A model generated the notes under the pieces. The model was not told the DNA's origin. It did not search any database and saw only the letters and a list, made by a program, of their open reading frames with translations. 64,000 bases of DNA from Octopus vulgaris (taxonomy: Eukaryota): assembly GCA_951406725.2 (NCBI GenBank), contig OX597814.1:21514001-21578000 (forward strand), in the 5' to 3' direction. Shown here in pieces: positions 1-12,497 of this stretch. Position numbers and translations under genes: made by a program. Numbering within the stretch: the stretch's first letter is position 1; each line of letters begins with the position of its first letter.

Positions 1-453
1 CTTACTAACCGTCAGCCATTTTGTATTTCTATTGTATGTCTTCATCTGCGCATGCTTATATCTCTATGTGCGTCTATGTTTATTTAGTGTGTGTGTGGGG
101 GGGATGCCTGTAATATTTGTATCTTCTGGTTATATACATTCTTGTAATTTGTATTTTGTTTTTGTTGTTGTTGCTTTTGTTCTAATTTTGTTCATGTGTT
201 TACATCCACCCATTATTATCATTACATATGCTTGTATGTATGTATAACAACAATATTAGTAATAATAATAATAAATCTAATTGAAAAAAAAAAAATATAT
301 ATATACAAGAATGTATATAACCAGAAGATACAAATATTACAGGCATCCCCCCCACACACACACACACTAAATAAACATAGACGCACATAGAGATATAAGC
401 ATGCGCAGATGAAGACATACAATAGAAATACAAAATGGCTGACGGTTAGTAAG
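1..453. repeat. Inverted duplication (arms ~1-146 and ~304-453; left arm runs off the window)
   Basis: cttactaaccgtcagccattttg...cattcttgta is the reverse complement of tacaagaatg...caaaatggctgacggttagtaag; the arms differ essentially only in (CA)n length. Confidence 0.9.
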
Positions 454-484
454 GAGAGACACAAGTAAGTGAGAAGAAAACAAA

Positions 485-529
485 GGACCACTGATGCGGT
501 CACAGGAGTGTGACGAAAGAACTTTGGCC
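485..529 (+). ncRNA. Degenerate minimal type I hammerhead ribozyme-like motif
   Basis: ggacca-CTGATGC-g-gtcaca(ggag)tgtgac-GAAA-gaac-TT-tggcc; perfect 6-bp stem II, A9>C core change. Confidence 0.55.
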
Positions 530-704
530 GAAATAAGATTAAGATTAATGTAAAAAATAAATATCACTGAAGCAAAATAACACCAAATATATAGTGCGTG
601 TGTTTTTATTGGCTAAACTGGCAATATGACCATTCCGAAATATAACAATATCTGTTTCAACACACGACTTCACATAAAAAATCTTGCACAACAAATATTT
701 AAAC

Positions 705-705
<1 letters not shown>

Positions 706-763
<58 letters not shown>
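706..763. repeat. (TA)n microsatellite
   Basis: Direct reading. Confidence 0.95.
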
Positions 764-766
<3 letters not shown>

Positions 767-769
767 TAT

Positions 770-1050
770 ATAGTATATAAATCACAGAGTGTGTGTGTGT
801 ATAATGACTAACGCATGCATTTCCATAATTCCCAACCGATTTTCACCAACCTTTACGCACACATTACTTTATGTCCCAAGGATCGTCATGCACTATAACA
901 TTAACATTTTCCCCAGAGCTCCCGCGTAAATGGGCGCAAATCATAAAGTTGGGAGCAAGAATTTCCAGGATCTTACGATTGTACATCGCTGCATACCTTT
1001 CTCGCCTTCTCTCCAGGCAGTAGAGTTTCATTTTTTTAACCTCTCCCAGG
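770..1050 (+). mobile_element. Possible non-autonomous Helitron-like fragment
   Basis: tataaa...(gt)n...ccgattttcaccaacctttacgcacac resembles 5' regions of small rolling-circle elements; recognition only. Confidence 0.25.
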
Positions 1051-1057
1051 AGGTCTA

Positions 1058-1063
<6 letters not shown>

Positions 1064-1133
<70 letters not shown>
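1064..1133. repeat. (TA)n microsatellite
   Basis: Direct reading. Confidence 0.95.
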
Positions 1134-1138
<5 letters not shown>

Positions 1139-1237
1139 GAGAGAGAATGAAGATAACTTTATAATTTCGTTAAACCGAAGAATAAACATAGGACTGCAAA
1201 TGGAAGTGCTCAGGTAACACAGAGACGAAAGGGAAAA

Positions 1238-1577
1238 TAAATTGAAAGGTTTAATGAATAAACGCACCAATTGGTCAAAACAACTTTATAACATTCCCAT
1301 ATTACCATAAATCGAATATAAATATATATAGAAAAGCATCACGGCACCCAATAGTAAAACCTAATAGTATAAAATATACATATATATAAATAGAATACAA
1401 GAAAATATACGAGTACCTCTTGTATTCGTATATATCTGTAAGTTTTATACTATTGGGTTTTACCATTGGATGCCCTGATGTTTCTAATATATATTTATGT
1501 TCGGTTTATGGTAATGTGGGAATGTTATAAATTTATTTTGACTAATTAGAGCGTTTATTCATTATAACTTTCAATTT
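1238..1577. repeat. Diverged ~340-bp palindrome (inverted duplication centred near 1410)
   Basis: aatgaataaacgc..ggtcaaaa..tttataacattccca..ccataaa mirrored by tttatgg..tgggaatgttataaa..ttttgac..gcgtttattcatt. Confidence 0.8.
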
Positions 1578-1581
1578 AAAT

Positions 1582-1622
<41 letters not shown>

Positions 1623-1729
1623 GAAAGAGAGAGAAACTAAAAGAGGTAGATAAATATGTATGAAAGCTAGCACACACACACACGCGCGCACATACACACA
1701 CACACACACACAATACACACCCTATAAAG

Positions 1730-1920
1730 GAAATCTACCCTTAAATGAAATCGCAAACTGTATCGAAACCCCTCCGGTAGATTCTACCTGTAATTCAAAG
1801 GGACTGCCTTAGTACAGGCACTGTGCCATACTGATTTTGTTTAAGAATTACGTTGATGTTAAACATGTCCGTGGAGTATTCAGCCACTTACAAGTTAATT
1901 CAAGGAGTAGGTAATTCAGT
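1730..1920 (+). mobile_element. Decayed SINE family C fragment
   Basis: caaagggactg...gtccgtggagtattcagccacttacaagttaatt matches the reverse complement of 46326-46629. Confidence 0.5.
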
Positions 1921-1924
1921 TCGT

Positions 1925-2069
1925 AGAATCATATGGTTTTAAGTTCAATCCCACTACGTGGCACACGGCGCAAGTGTCTTCATTTATAGGCCCGGGCTAA
2001 CCAAAGCCTCATAAGCGGTTTGATAAACGGAAACTAAAAGAAGTCCGTATATATATGTGTGTGTGTATG

Positions 2070-2104
<35 letters not shown>

Positions 2105-2312
2105 TTGTATGTGACTTTGTGTTTATGTTTGTCCCCAACTGGTGTTTGTTTCATTATATCTCCGCAACATAGCGGTTCGGCAGTAGGAACCGATAGATTA
2201 GGTACCAAGCTTAAAAATAATATATACAGAGTCGATTCGTTGTACTAAAAGTTTATTCAAGGTGTGCCACAGCATGGCCGCAGGCCAGTGACTGAAACAA
2301 GTAAGAAATAAG
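1925..2312 (+). mobile_element. tRNA-derived SINE family B (internal microsatellite), diverged
   Basis: gttcaatccca B-box, ccaaagcc...ggaaactaaaagaagtccgt, internal (TG)(TA), 3' cagcatggccgcag...gactgaaacaagtaag; homologous to 62863-63315. Confidence 0.8.
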
Positions 2313-3913
2313 AGATGTTACGCGCGCTTTGAGTAATTTCCTACAGTGCAATATTTTTTTCCGCGGAAGAATACATTAGAATTGTTTCTTGTTCTCTTTT
2401 CCAGGCCTACAAATGAATCTGAATTCAACACTACTAGAGCTTATGCAACATTCCGTTGGTGACAGCGTTCAATTGTTTCAACATAATTCACGTTAGATGT
2501 TCGATTATTTATAGCTTAGTGAAATAACCATAAGAGGGTGTACTGTCTTACCCAGTAGCTACAACATATTGTTGGTGATTGGATACGAACAATAGATATT
2601 TACAGTTAATGTCACACTACTCTAAACTCAACCAGGCAACAGTTAATTAATAAGAATCGTGTGACTTAGGAAACATTGTTTCTGATGAAAATATTCTAAA
2701 ACAATGGTCTAGTCGTGGATAAATAATCTACCCCTTTCAAAATGCCTATAGTCTTATATTCTAAAATATTTAGTCAAAGATTCCTTATTGAATTGTTTTT
2801 ATGTTATTTGTAAAGCAGTGATAACATTAAACTAGGCTTACTTTAACGCCACCATCTGGCCTCTGTGTGAAATTCACTCTGTTGTTGAAATATTTAGGTC
2901 AGGGTTCCGATCCGGTATAACGCCATCCTGATAATCACAGAAAGAGATTTACGCGCTCGCACACACACACACACACACTATGTGAGTGTGTTTATGCATG
3001 TGTGTGTGTGGCGGGTGTATGTGAACAAAATGACCGAAGAGAAATAGTTCTGAATGACAAGTGAAGAACATATACATATATTCTATACAACAAAAAATTC
3101 TTGATTAATTTAAATTATCTTCGCTTCTAGAGGTCATATCAAAAATACAAAATGGTGTTTGAGACCAACTTCACGTGAGAAGGAGAGACAATCTCAAGAA
3201 TAAAGGATTCCTCAAATTTGACATGCTATTGAGGAAATAGAATACACAGAAACGTATAACTGGCCAATGTTTCGGTTTCTATAAAAGTGAGTTCAATCCT
3301 AGTCTGAGTATCTTCCTGAGAGAAAAAAAAAACTACTGATTCAGTAAACCTTTAAAATTTCAAAATCATGAACGCTCACAAGGACTGTGCGTATATCTAG
3401 TTTCTATATTGAAGTTGATAGGAGATTCCATTCTTGTTGGGCTACTGGTCTGTTACTGGCACCTTTCCTAAAGGAGGAATATAGTATTCCACTGCTATAC
3501 CTCCAAAATCATTTAAGTTTCAAAGTATCACCACTGCCTATAATCCTTGACTCATGATAAACATACGTAGATAGAGTTAGTCTTGAGTATGCACTATGCA
3601 CGTAGTGTCTTTACGACAAAGTAGATTATTTTATACAGCGCACATACACACACACACACGCAGACACACACAGATACACAAACACGCACACCAATACATG
3701 AATGTGTGTGTGATTATGTGAGAATATGTATGTGTAAAGATAAAAAAATAATAAAATAGTTTAACAATGATAAAGTGGAACAAGTCTAACGTTTGAAGCA
3801 ATACCCTTCGTATAAACACTTTTGAACTGTTTATACTCACTAATTGCTGACACAGACCCCCACCAGTTTCCCAGGGTGCTACTGTTTACGTCATACATAC
3901 AAACATACACATA

Positions 3914-3962
<49 letters not shown>

Positions 3963-5964
3963 CATACAAACATACACATATACTACATATATACCGTTAA
4001 CATATTTTCTTGTGTGTTGTTATTAAGTATTATGTCTTTTATCACTGAAGTACTTCATGTCTATAAAATATCAATCGTAGTCATGTTGTTATTGTCTGAA
4101 ACAGTGATTTTTTGCTTTTTCTTCTCATGACGTTTTATGTCAATGTTTATTCTTGAAACCCTTACTTATAAGCTAACATAATTCGTTGTTTTCAAAATTG
4201 CTGTTTTCTTCCTTTCAATAATATTTCCAATATTATTGTTGTACATTTATACATACAAAGCAAATAAATCAGTTGACATATTACTGAACATTCTAAAATA
4301 TTTTGCTATGGTGTCATAAATAATTAGACCATATTGTGTATTTTAAACAGACAAGTACAGTAAATTAGATTGAAATAGGATGAGAAATAATTGTTTACAA
4401 CAGAAACGATGATAAAAGGGTCGGGAAGACAGAAAATAAGAGAGAAGTAAAGAAAAATGCAACAAAGAATTTCGTGAGCTGACTTTGTGGTGTGATTCCT
4501 GTTTCCAGGTGTAGCAGTTCACATCACTTATACTGCTAATACTCTTAGGAAATGCCGTCCACAGATTACTCCAAATATTAGCATATGTTTAATGAAACTA
4601 GACAGGTCCTACATTTTAATGGACAAGAATTAGAGAGATGTGGTTTTTTTCCCAAGGACTTATGCAGACTTTTCTCAAGGGTTTACGTGGCATTAATGAA
4701 GCAAGCTGTGTTCAACGTGCCAAAAAAAGTGTTTTGGAGTGGGTTGTCTGTAAATAAACCCTTGCATTTTACTGCGAATCACAATTTGATAAAATTATTC
4801 CAACGGGAGAACTTCACCTGGTCATTTGAGTTATGATAAATAGCACCCCAATTTTCTCCCAGTCACAGGTTACCAAATCAGGATATATTGGTTTATGCAT
4901 CCCGGTGCACACTACAGCAAAAAACAAAAGCCGCGGTAATCACCCTGGAATACTTCTGGTCATTGGGCTATTCAATATGGACCGATCTAAGATTAAAGTA
5001 TATCTGACAGCATATGTGCTTTGCAAAAGCCCTATGTTTTTAGTTGGAGTTGGATGTCAGATGGTGTACTTGAAGGTTGTTTTATTGAACCACATTCTTT
5101 GCGATGTCTTATTATTGTGTATTTGTAGACAAATAAGAATGCAATTTCAAAGATAATGTAAATATTCAAAGATATTGTAACTCTCAACAGCAAATCCAAT
5201 ATAATATAACATGGGATTTAATATGATTTATTAAATAAGATATAAAATATTAACTGAAGCAATATTTATTAAACAAAATGTCGCCTGAACCTATAGTTAT
5301 GAAATACAATGTGAAACCTATATATTTATGAGATACAATGTTATCTGAACTTACGTGGAAAAATCGTTTTCATCTTCGATAACCCAGTGCCTTATATTTC
5401 AAACCAGCAGCTTCCTATCACCATAGCAATAACTCTGACACTTTGCAACTGGCAAACCTGTTTATATTATATCTCTAACACTATAATTATTTAAATAAAC
5501 AATCCAATAAATTGTCTTTTTCACATTTATTGGAAAAGCTAGAAGACATACTAGACTTGTTATTAACATTTTAACATTTATACGTGACTTTTAGCAGCTA
5601 AATGTTTCATATTTCTAGAATATCATAGTAAAAGTAAAGTAGCTGTTGTTTTCATTTGCTTGGTTTATGTACCGTGTTTGGTATATCACTGCCGCGGTAG
5701 TTATCTTGACACTTACACTATATTTAAATCGATAACTTCCAACATTATAGAGGCAAACTGGTGTGGAGGACTCAATCAGTTAAAGATCTATCCGCTTATA
5801 GAACAAAAGCAAACGGCTTCTATTTTGGAAAATTAATTTTTCATAGAATTATAACACAGTAATCGTACCTCTAGGTTTCAGTTATATGTCCAGCTACCTA
5901 ACACTGTGTTTGTTACCTTTGACTTTGGCAAATTCATGTACTTATTTCATATTACTGAATGCTA

Positions 5965-6110
5965 CCGAGGTGGTAGATTGCCAAAATCGTTAGCGCATCA
6001 AAAGAAATACCTTATCTTCTGGCTGTCCATGCTCTGAGTTCAAGTACTGGACACGAGTTAATCCATTTTCTCCCCCTCAAAGTTGTTGGCTTTGTGTTTA
6101 GATTAAAAAT
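5965..6110 (+). mobile_element. Decayed SINE family A fragment
   Basis: aaaatcgttagcgca...ctgagttcaa...gttggctttgtg similar to 28047-28450. Confidence 0.45.
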
Positions 6111-8123
6111 GATTGTTAAATGGTCCCCGATCTTTGGGATCTATTAAGTTATCCTGTAGTCAAATGCTCTAAATTGAAGTAACTTTGCACAAAATTACAA
6201 ACTACAATCAAATGAAAGAAATATTCATTATTGAAAGCCGTACGTAAATAGCAGACTAAAAGCTAATACTTATTAAGGTCAGTTTTTACAACACATAATA
6301 AGAGCAAGAATTTCATATTTAACTTGTCTACAAGTTAAACAACATTTATCCTGTAAACTAAACAACACCTATGCGTTTAAATCATGCACTAAAACTTAAG
6401 TTTACGAAGCTTTCTCATTTCTACTCGCGAGACAACGCAATAACATTCTTGATTGAGTTATTCAAATACGATTAAAAGAACTTATGTGAAAGGACAAATA
6501 TCTCTATTTGCTGGTGTGTCCGAAGCAAATTGTATTGTAGTGCAGTCTTAACTATCATTAACGTCATGTTTTTTTATAACCAAATGTCACTATTTACCAG
6601 GTTAGGTCAATATGGTTCACAGAATAATAAAATTAAAGGCGTGTTTTGAATTTTTAAGCTGTGAACACAAGTTTTTGCTGTAAAACAAAACAAGAGAAAA
6701 ATACACAACGAATTATATCAAAAGTTAAAATGAATATATTTCCTGAAGTGAATAGACCTGGACAACAATACTTCAGATTGAAATATCCACCCAAGAATAG
6801 ACAGCTTCCCCAGACGTTATATAATAATGTAGAAATTGGAAAGAATTACATGAAATATCATTAAAAATACTTTTATGTCGATAAACATCAATAAATAGGG
6901 AAAATTGAATAAACTGTTTGCAACTTACTGGTACATCAGTTTGTTTCATTGGTAGATTGTAGAATCGATTGTGTAGTTAGATGTACACGACATTTTGTAT
7001 AAGCACAAATATTGATTTATATTTGTGTTTGTGAATGAATGTGTGTATGTTTGCATGTGTCTGCGTTGATTTGTTTGCTTGAGAACATATTTCAGTTCAG
7101 TGTTTGAGTGTAACAAAAGCTTGTTCTCCTTCTGACTTCGGAGTGATCAAGAAAATAGATGAAGTTGTATATCTTTAAAGTATCATTTCTCAGGTACTAT
7201 ATGTTCTTTACCGTTTAACGATACTGTAATTGGAAACAAAACTATCCTATTGACCCTGTAGACCTGTGTTTTTCAGAAAAGAGTTCAATTATGGTGGAAG
7301 TTTTCGCTAAAAATATACACTACATTGATGCAATAAATGAAGAGGGACACATTTAATTGAATTTACTACAGCATACAAGAGGTAATTGTTTTAAAGGTCC
7401 CTAAAATATGAAACACGAATTCGATTTTAACAGACATCAAACCATAATATAAAGTGCGCAGTTAAATGTCGAATTTTATAGCATCCAAAACACTACATCC
7501 GCTTTATTAAATTTCATTTTATTTCAGATAGTATTAAAAATATTACTTTCATTGATTTTTTATTGATTTCAGCTCATCATTTTCAGCTAAGCATGAAGTT
7601 CAGCTTGGTAACAGAGACCAAATAAAGCAAAAGCTTTGAACATTAATCTGAACTTGCTTCCATAACTTCAAATCTTCACCATCTTACTGATTACAGACAA
7701 TAGGAAAAAAAATTAGTGTTTTACGCACATAGATATGTAGCTAACTATGAATATAAAATCATAGCAATACTTATTGTTTTGGAAACATTTATCCAATTCT
7801 GCTATCTCTTAAGTTTTTGGTAAAAAGAGAATCTATAAGTAATAGCTGAGAGTATTTGCTTGTTTTACGATCGCTCAGGTACTGTCGTCTTTAATTAAGA
7901 TCAGTAAAACCAAAGAAAATAGCCATATACTACGTTTTCCTTTATTTCGAACTGTTTTTGACAAATGTTTATGCGCTCATTAAGAACGGAATGAGTTTTA
8001 CCCACATCATTTTCAGAATAGAGTAAAATGAGCAGACCATAGAAAATGTTAACATATTACTAGATTTTCATTAACTGTAACAACAGTTGGATGCTATTGC
8101 TTATCTGATACCAACTAGAAATA

Positions 8124-8689
8124 TTAGGTTGTCCGGAAAGTTCGTGCCGATTTATAGTAGCTTACCTTTCGACTTATTTTAGAACATGATTGAGTCCATA
8201 AAATAGGATTTTACTACACCTCCATTTAGAGCACAGTTTACGCAATCTTTTCATGGAAGAAGGTTCATGTTCCTATGACCTGTATTAATTCTGTAACCCT
8301 TTAAAATGGAAGATAAGAAAGTTCATTTTCGGCACTTGATGCTTTGGGAACCAGACAAAAATTGCTACAGCTCGGCTGGGATGTGTTACCCCACACTCCA
8401 TATTCATCAGATATTGCTCCTTCGGATTTCCACTTATTCAGGTCTCTGCAGAATAGTCTTAATGGTAAAAGTTTCAATTCCTTGGATGACGTAAAAAGAT
8501 ACCTTGATGAATTCTTTGCTATGAAATCACCTCAGTTCTGGAAAGAGGGTATTTTCAAGTTAAAGGAAAGATGGAGACGCATTGTGCAACAAAATGGTTC
8601 ATACTTGGCTGATTAAAAATGTAATGGCGAGTATTTATTGAGCTTTATCTTTCTTTTAAAAATCGGCACGAACTTTCTAGACAACCCAC
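8124..8689 (+). mobile_element. Internally deleted mariner transposon
   Basis: TIRs ttaggttgtccggaaagttcgtgccgattt / aaatcggcacgaactttctagacaaccca, TA flanks; transposase N-terminus MEDKKVHFRHLMLWE joined to C-terminal WDVLPHTPYSSDIAPSDFHLF (YSPDLAPSD motif). Confidence 0.92.
8306..8616 (+). pseudogene. mariner transposase remnant (N- and C-termini fused out of frame by internal deletion)
   Basis: ORF track 8306-8494 and 8344-8616. Confidence 0.85.
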
Positions 8690-8759
8690 TATTAACACCA
8701 TGAATCTAGAATCTTCTCCATACAATCGATTGTAAAATTGTCCATATTATAATAATCTT

Positions 8760-8965
8760 TTCTAATATAGGCACAAGGTTTGAATTTTGGCGGGAGGGAA
8801 TTAGTCGATTATCTCGACCCCACTTCTCAATTTGTCCTTATTTCATCGACACTGAAAGGACGAAAGGCAAAGTCGACTTAAGTTCAATTTAAACTCAAAA
8901 CATAAAGTCAGATGAAATGCTGCTAAGCATTTTGTCCGGCGTGCTAACGATTGTGCCTGCTCTTC
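8760..8965 (-). mobile_element. SINE family A copy
   Basis: ggcacaagg...tcgacccc...gaaaggacgaaaggcaaagtcgac...ctaagcattttgtccggcgtgctaacgat. Confidence 0.8.
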
Positions 8966-9618
8966 GTTCATATTATAACAATGGATAGGATCATCTGATG
9001 CAAATCGATCTGGTTAATTATTTGAACTCTTGTATTCAGGATGATTTATTTTTGATTGATCAATCCAATTGATTTATACATAAAAGCCAGCGGGATCCAA
9101 CACTTTTCCCATCACCAAACCTCAGTTGTTCCCGTTATTGTTATTGTTTTGTCAATCCTGGTGAAGTAGACTCACGATGAACAATGTGCGAGCTATAATA
9201 ATTTCGTCTTTACTTGTCATTGAATATCTAGAAATACTTTACCCAGTGCACTCCCTTTTCTCAATACATTAGAATGCTATTTGTGGGATGATTAATTGTT
9301 ATTTCTAGCATAGTGCGCGACTCTATAAAGGACCCCTCATTTGCTCCACATCCATCGTTCTGAACTCGGCGATGCAAGTTAGCAACACACTGGTCAATTA
9401 TAAATTGCTATCATTACTTATAGCGAATATTCGTTCTGCCTTAGGGCACTTGTTTATCAGTTTGGTGAGCTGGGCTTGTTGTGAGGAAAGTGGATTAGCA
9501 AAGTAGCCATTGAGACATTAATAAAGAGAAGCGATAAACCCACTGGTCGTCCGAAGCTCTCTACGCATATTGGTAGAAACTGAAACTATTATTCGATAAA
9601 ACGGAAGAGAAGGAGGGA

Positions 9619-9649
<31 letters not shown>

Positions 9650-10144
9650 CCAACAGATTTGACATTAGATTACTAACTTGAAATTTCTTGGCTTATTCAG
9701 TTATTGAATATAATGGGTATCAATTGGAAGCAGTTCCGGTCGTGGTGAAAAAGATAGAAGCTGGTTTGAAAAGTCTCCAAACAGACCATTATGTTTGATT
9801 TGTCCATTTATTTTTACTGTATGTTAAACACTTAATATCGAACGCTTTTAACTGAATTTCGATTGCTATTGCATCGAATTGAATTACATTAAATTTAGTT
9901 CTGATTATCTAATACAGGTCTCAGAATAGATTTAACAACAGTGAGATTTTTTCATTCAGCAATTGGTTAAAAGATTTTGGTGTCTGCTACACAAAATATA
10001 GATTTCTCACTTAGTCATAAGGCTGTAATTTTGCAGGAAAAGTACAGTATTAAATTGTTACTTATTCTATCAACTCCTGAGATGAACTTCAACGGGTCTT
10101 CTGATACAGATAGGATACGCTTATACAATTACGGATTGTTATTG

Positions 10145-10335
10145 ATTTCAAAATTTGCCACAAGGCCAGCAATTTCGTGGGAGCGGGTTAGGCGATTAAA
10201 TTGACCCCAGTGCTCAGCTAGTACTTATTTTATCGACTCCGAAAGGATGAAAGGCAACATCGACTCCAGTGCCATTTGAGCCCAGAAATGCCGCCAGGCA
10301 TTTTGCCTGGCTTGCTAACGATTCTGCCAGCTCAC
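10145..10335 (-). mobile_element. SINE family A copy
   Basis: cacaaggccagcaatttcg...gaaaggatgaaaggcaa...gctaacgattctgccagctc. Confidence 0.8.
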
Positions 10336-12497
10336 CAGTCGTTTTTAGCGTATCTTCCGCTGCGAATAACATCTATACGAGAACTATGAACCAAATACTG
10401 ACATCAAAACTCGTTTCACGAATATTACATCAAGCACATGATACGACCACAGAGGAGATGTGAGAGACGTGGGGTAGAAAGTAACAATGCGAGACGAATA
10501 CTAAACTCGCATACTCCAACGAATCTATGGAGATTTATAAAAAACAATAGAACGATTTCAAAAAATAGAAACGGGAAAATGCAGGCAACGAAATTATACT
10601 GAAAACAAAAGAAAGAAAACAACCACGCAAAGCAGAAAAGCGCCCACAAACCAATGAAATCATCACAAACAAATCTTAATACATAGAAAATTACATAAAT
10701 GGTAAAACTACGCATATGAGAGGGATGAGCCACAAGAAAATGAATATAATAATATACCAAACTAAATAGGAATGAATAAATCATCAGAATAAAGCAAAAG
10801 GAGACACAGAACATAAATAATAGAACACCGAAACGATGATAAGCAGATACCATCCCACCAAGCAACCGCTAGAATACCAAACATACTCTTGATCCATCAT
10901 ATAAGATTTTGTTTTTAAATTTTCTAACAGAATAAGCTGCATAAGCGACCGGGCAAAATGTAAGAAAAACAACAAATAAAATGGAATAATTAACCATATT
11001 AAAATAAAAATTCCTGAATTAACGGAAACACCTTCCCAAATTTTACAAATATTCAAGCATCTCATGATGATAAAAGTCAACTACAGCTAGGTTTACTACA
11101 AGCTCTTTCCACAGAAGCAAATCCTAACTTCTATGCGCAAGATAAATGGCAATACTAGCATCCCTCATCAAAGCCTACCAAAAGATCAATAGGAAGAAAT
11201 TTTATAATTGAAAATCGAAACGAACATGAACACAGAAGGATTTATTTCAAAGAAAGAGATATACGAAACATATTTTAAGAAAATACAATGTTAAGAAACT
11301 GCAAGAGATCCCGGAAGTGAAATCTAACTAAATTAAAACCACTGATTTTGGTAAGACATGTCAAAACAGATGCTTTAAATACGAAAGGAAGTCATACATT
11401 TTTTAGATATTTATTTTATCGACTGTAAAAGGAGGAAGTAAAAGTACGTACTCTGACTGGATTTGAACTCACAACAGAGAGAGATATGCCTAAATACCAC
11501 CGGACATTTAATCTGGTCCTGTAGCCTGAGAACACTCCATTACTCTCGTACTATTCCTTACTGACAGACGCAAAACATGAGCATCGGTAGACATAAAACA
11601 CAAAACGGCTTACAAAATTATATTCGCAGATGTGCAGATATTTTTAATCACGAAATAATAACTTCGCTTTGATAGAGCACCTGTCACAATTGGAAATTTT
11701 AGTTACAGATAATTGGCATGTATATTTCAGTTCAGACGCGAGACAATAATAACTATATTACTACTATTGAATACTACTGCTTCAGAACTTCCTACCATTA
11801 ATTTTCAATCTTTGACATTAGAGCATGATAAAATATCATATATGATTTGTTGAGACTGTAGCTATAATTAATTCTTCCATCGTGGTATAGAAGTTATTGC
11901 TGTGAACTTATTTCCACAGATTTGCGGGAACTTACCTTTTAAAGTATATTTTGAAAAGTCATTTTGGCAGCGGTTAGCATCAAATGTCTTTAGCATCTTT
12001 GGACGATTCGCCATGAATAAATTCGTATGGGAAGATGAGACGGAAATACTGACGTCTCTAATGAACAGTTTAGTCAGATGAAGAACAAGTTTTAAGTGAT
12101 CATCGTAGCAGAGACTATTTATCGACCCAGATCACCATTAATTTCTCCAGGCTATGCATTTTTATCTATTATAAGTATCGTTTAGATTACGATTCGAAGA
12201 ACGTGACAGAAATTCTTACTCATTCAACAAGACAGTCGGTGGGACACTGCACCAGCAATTTAATAGTAATGCTAGAATTTGGATTGAGCTGCAGGGAACT
12301 GTCAGGATGTAAGCAAGACAATTTTTAAAAGACCTGAATGGATACGATGGTATACAATAATGGTGTAGGGAAGTGTAATCAATAGACGGACGAATGATAG
12401 TAGAGGTTTTATGCACTTAAACATGGCACTGATAACATTGTTACTAAAGATTTGAGACTTATTACATACATCCATATATACATACATAAATGGATAA

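Noticed and set aside
10380-11300. A-rich segment as a Penelope or LINE remnant
   Set aside because: No RT or GIY-YIG motif could be read in any frame
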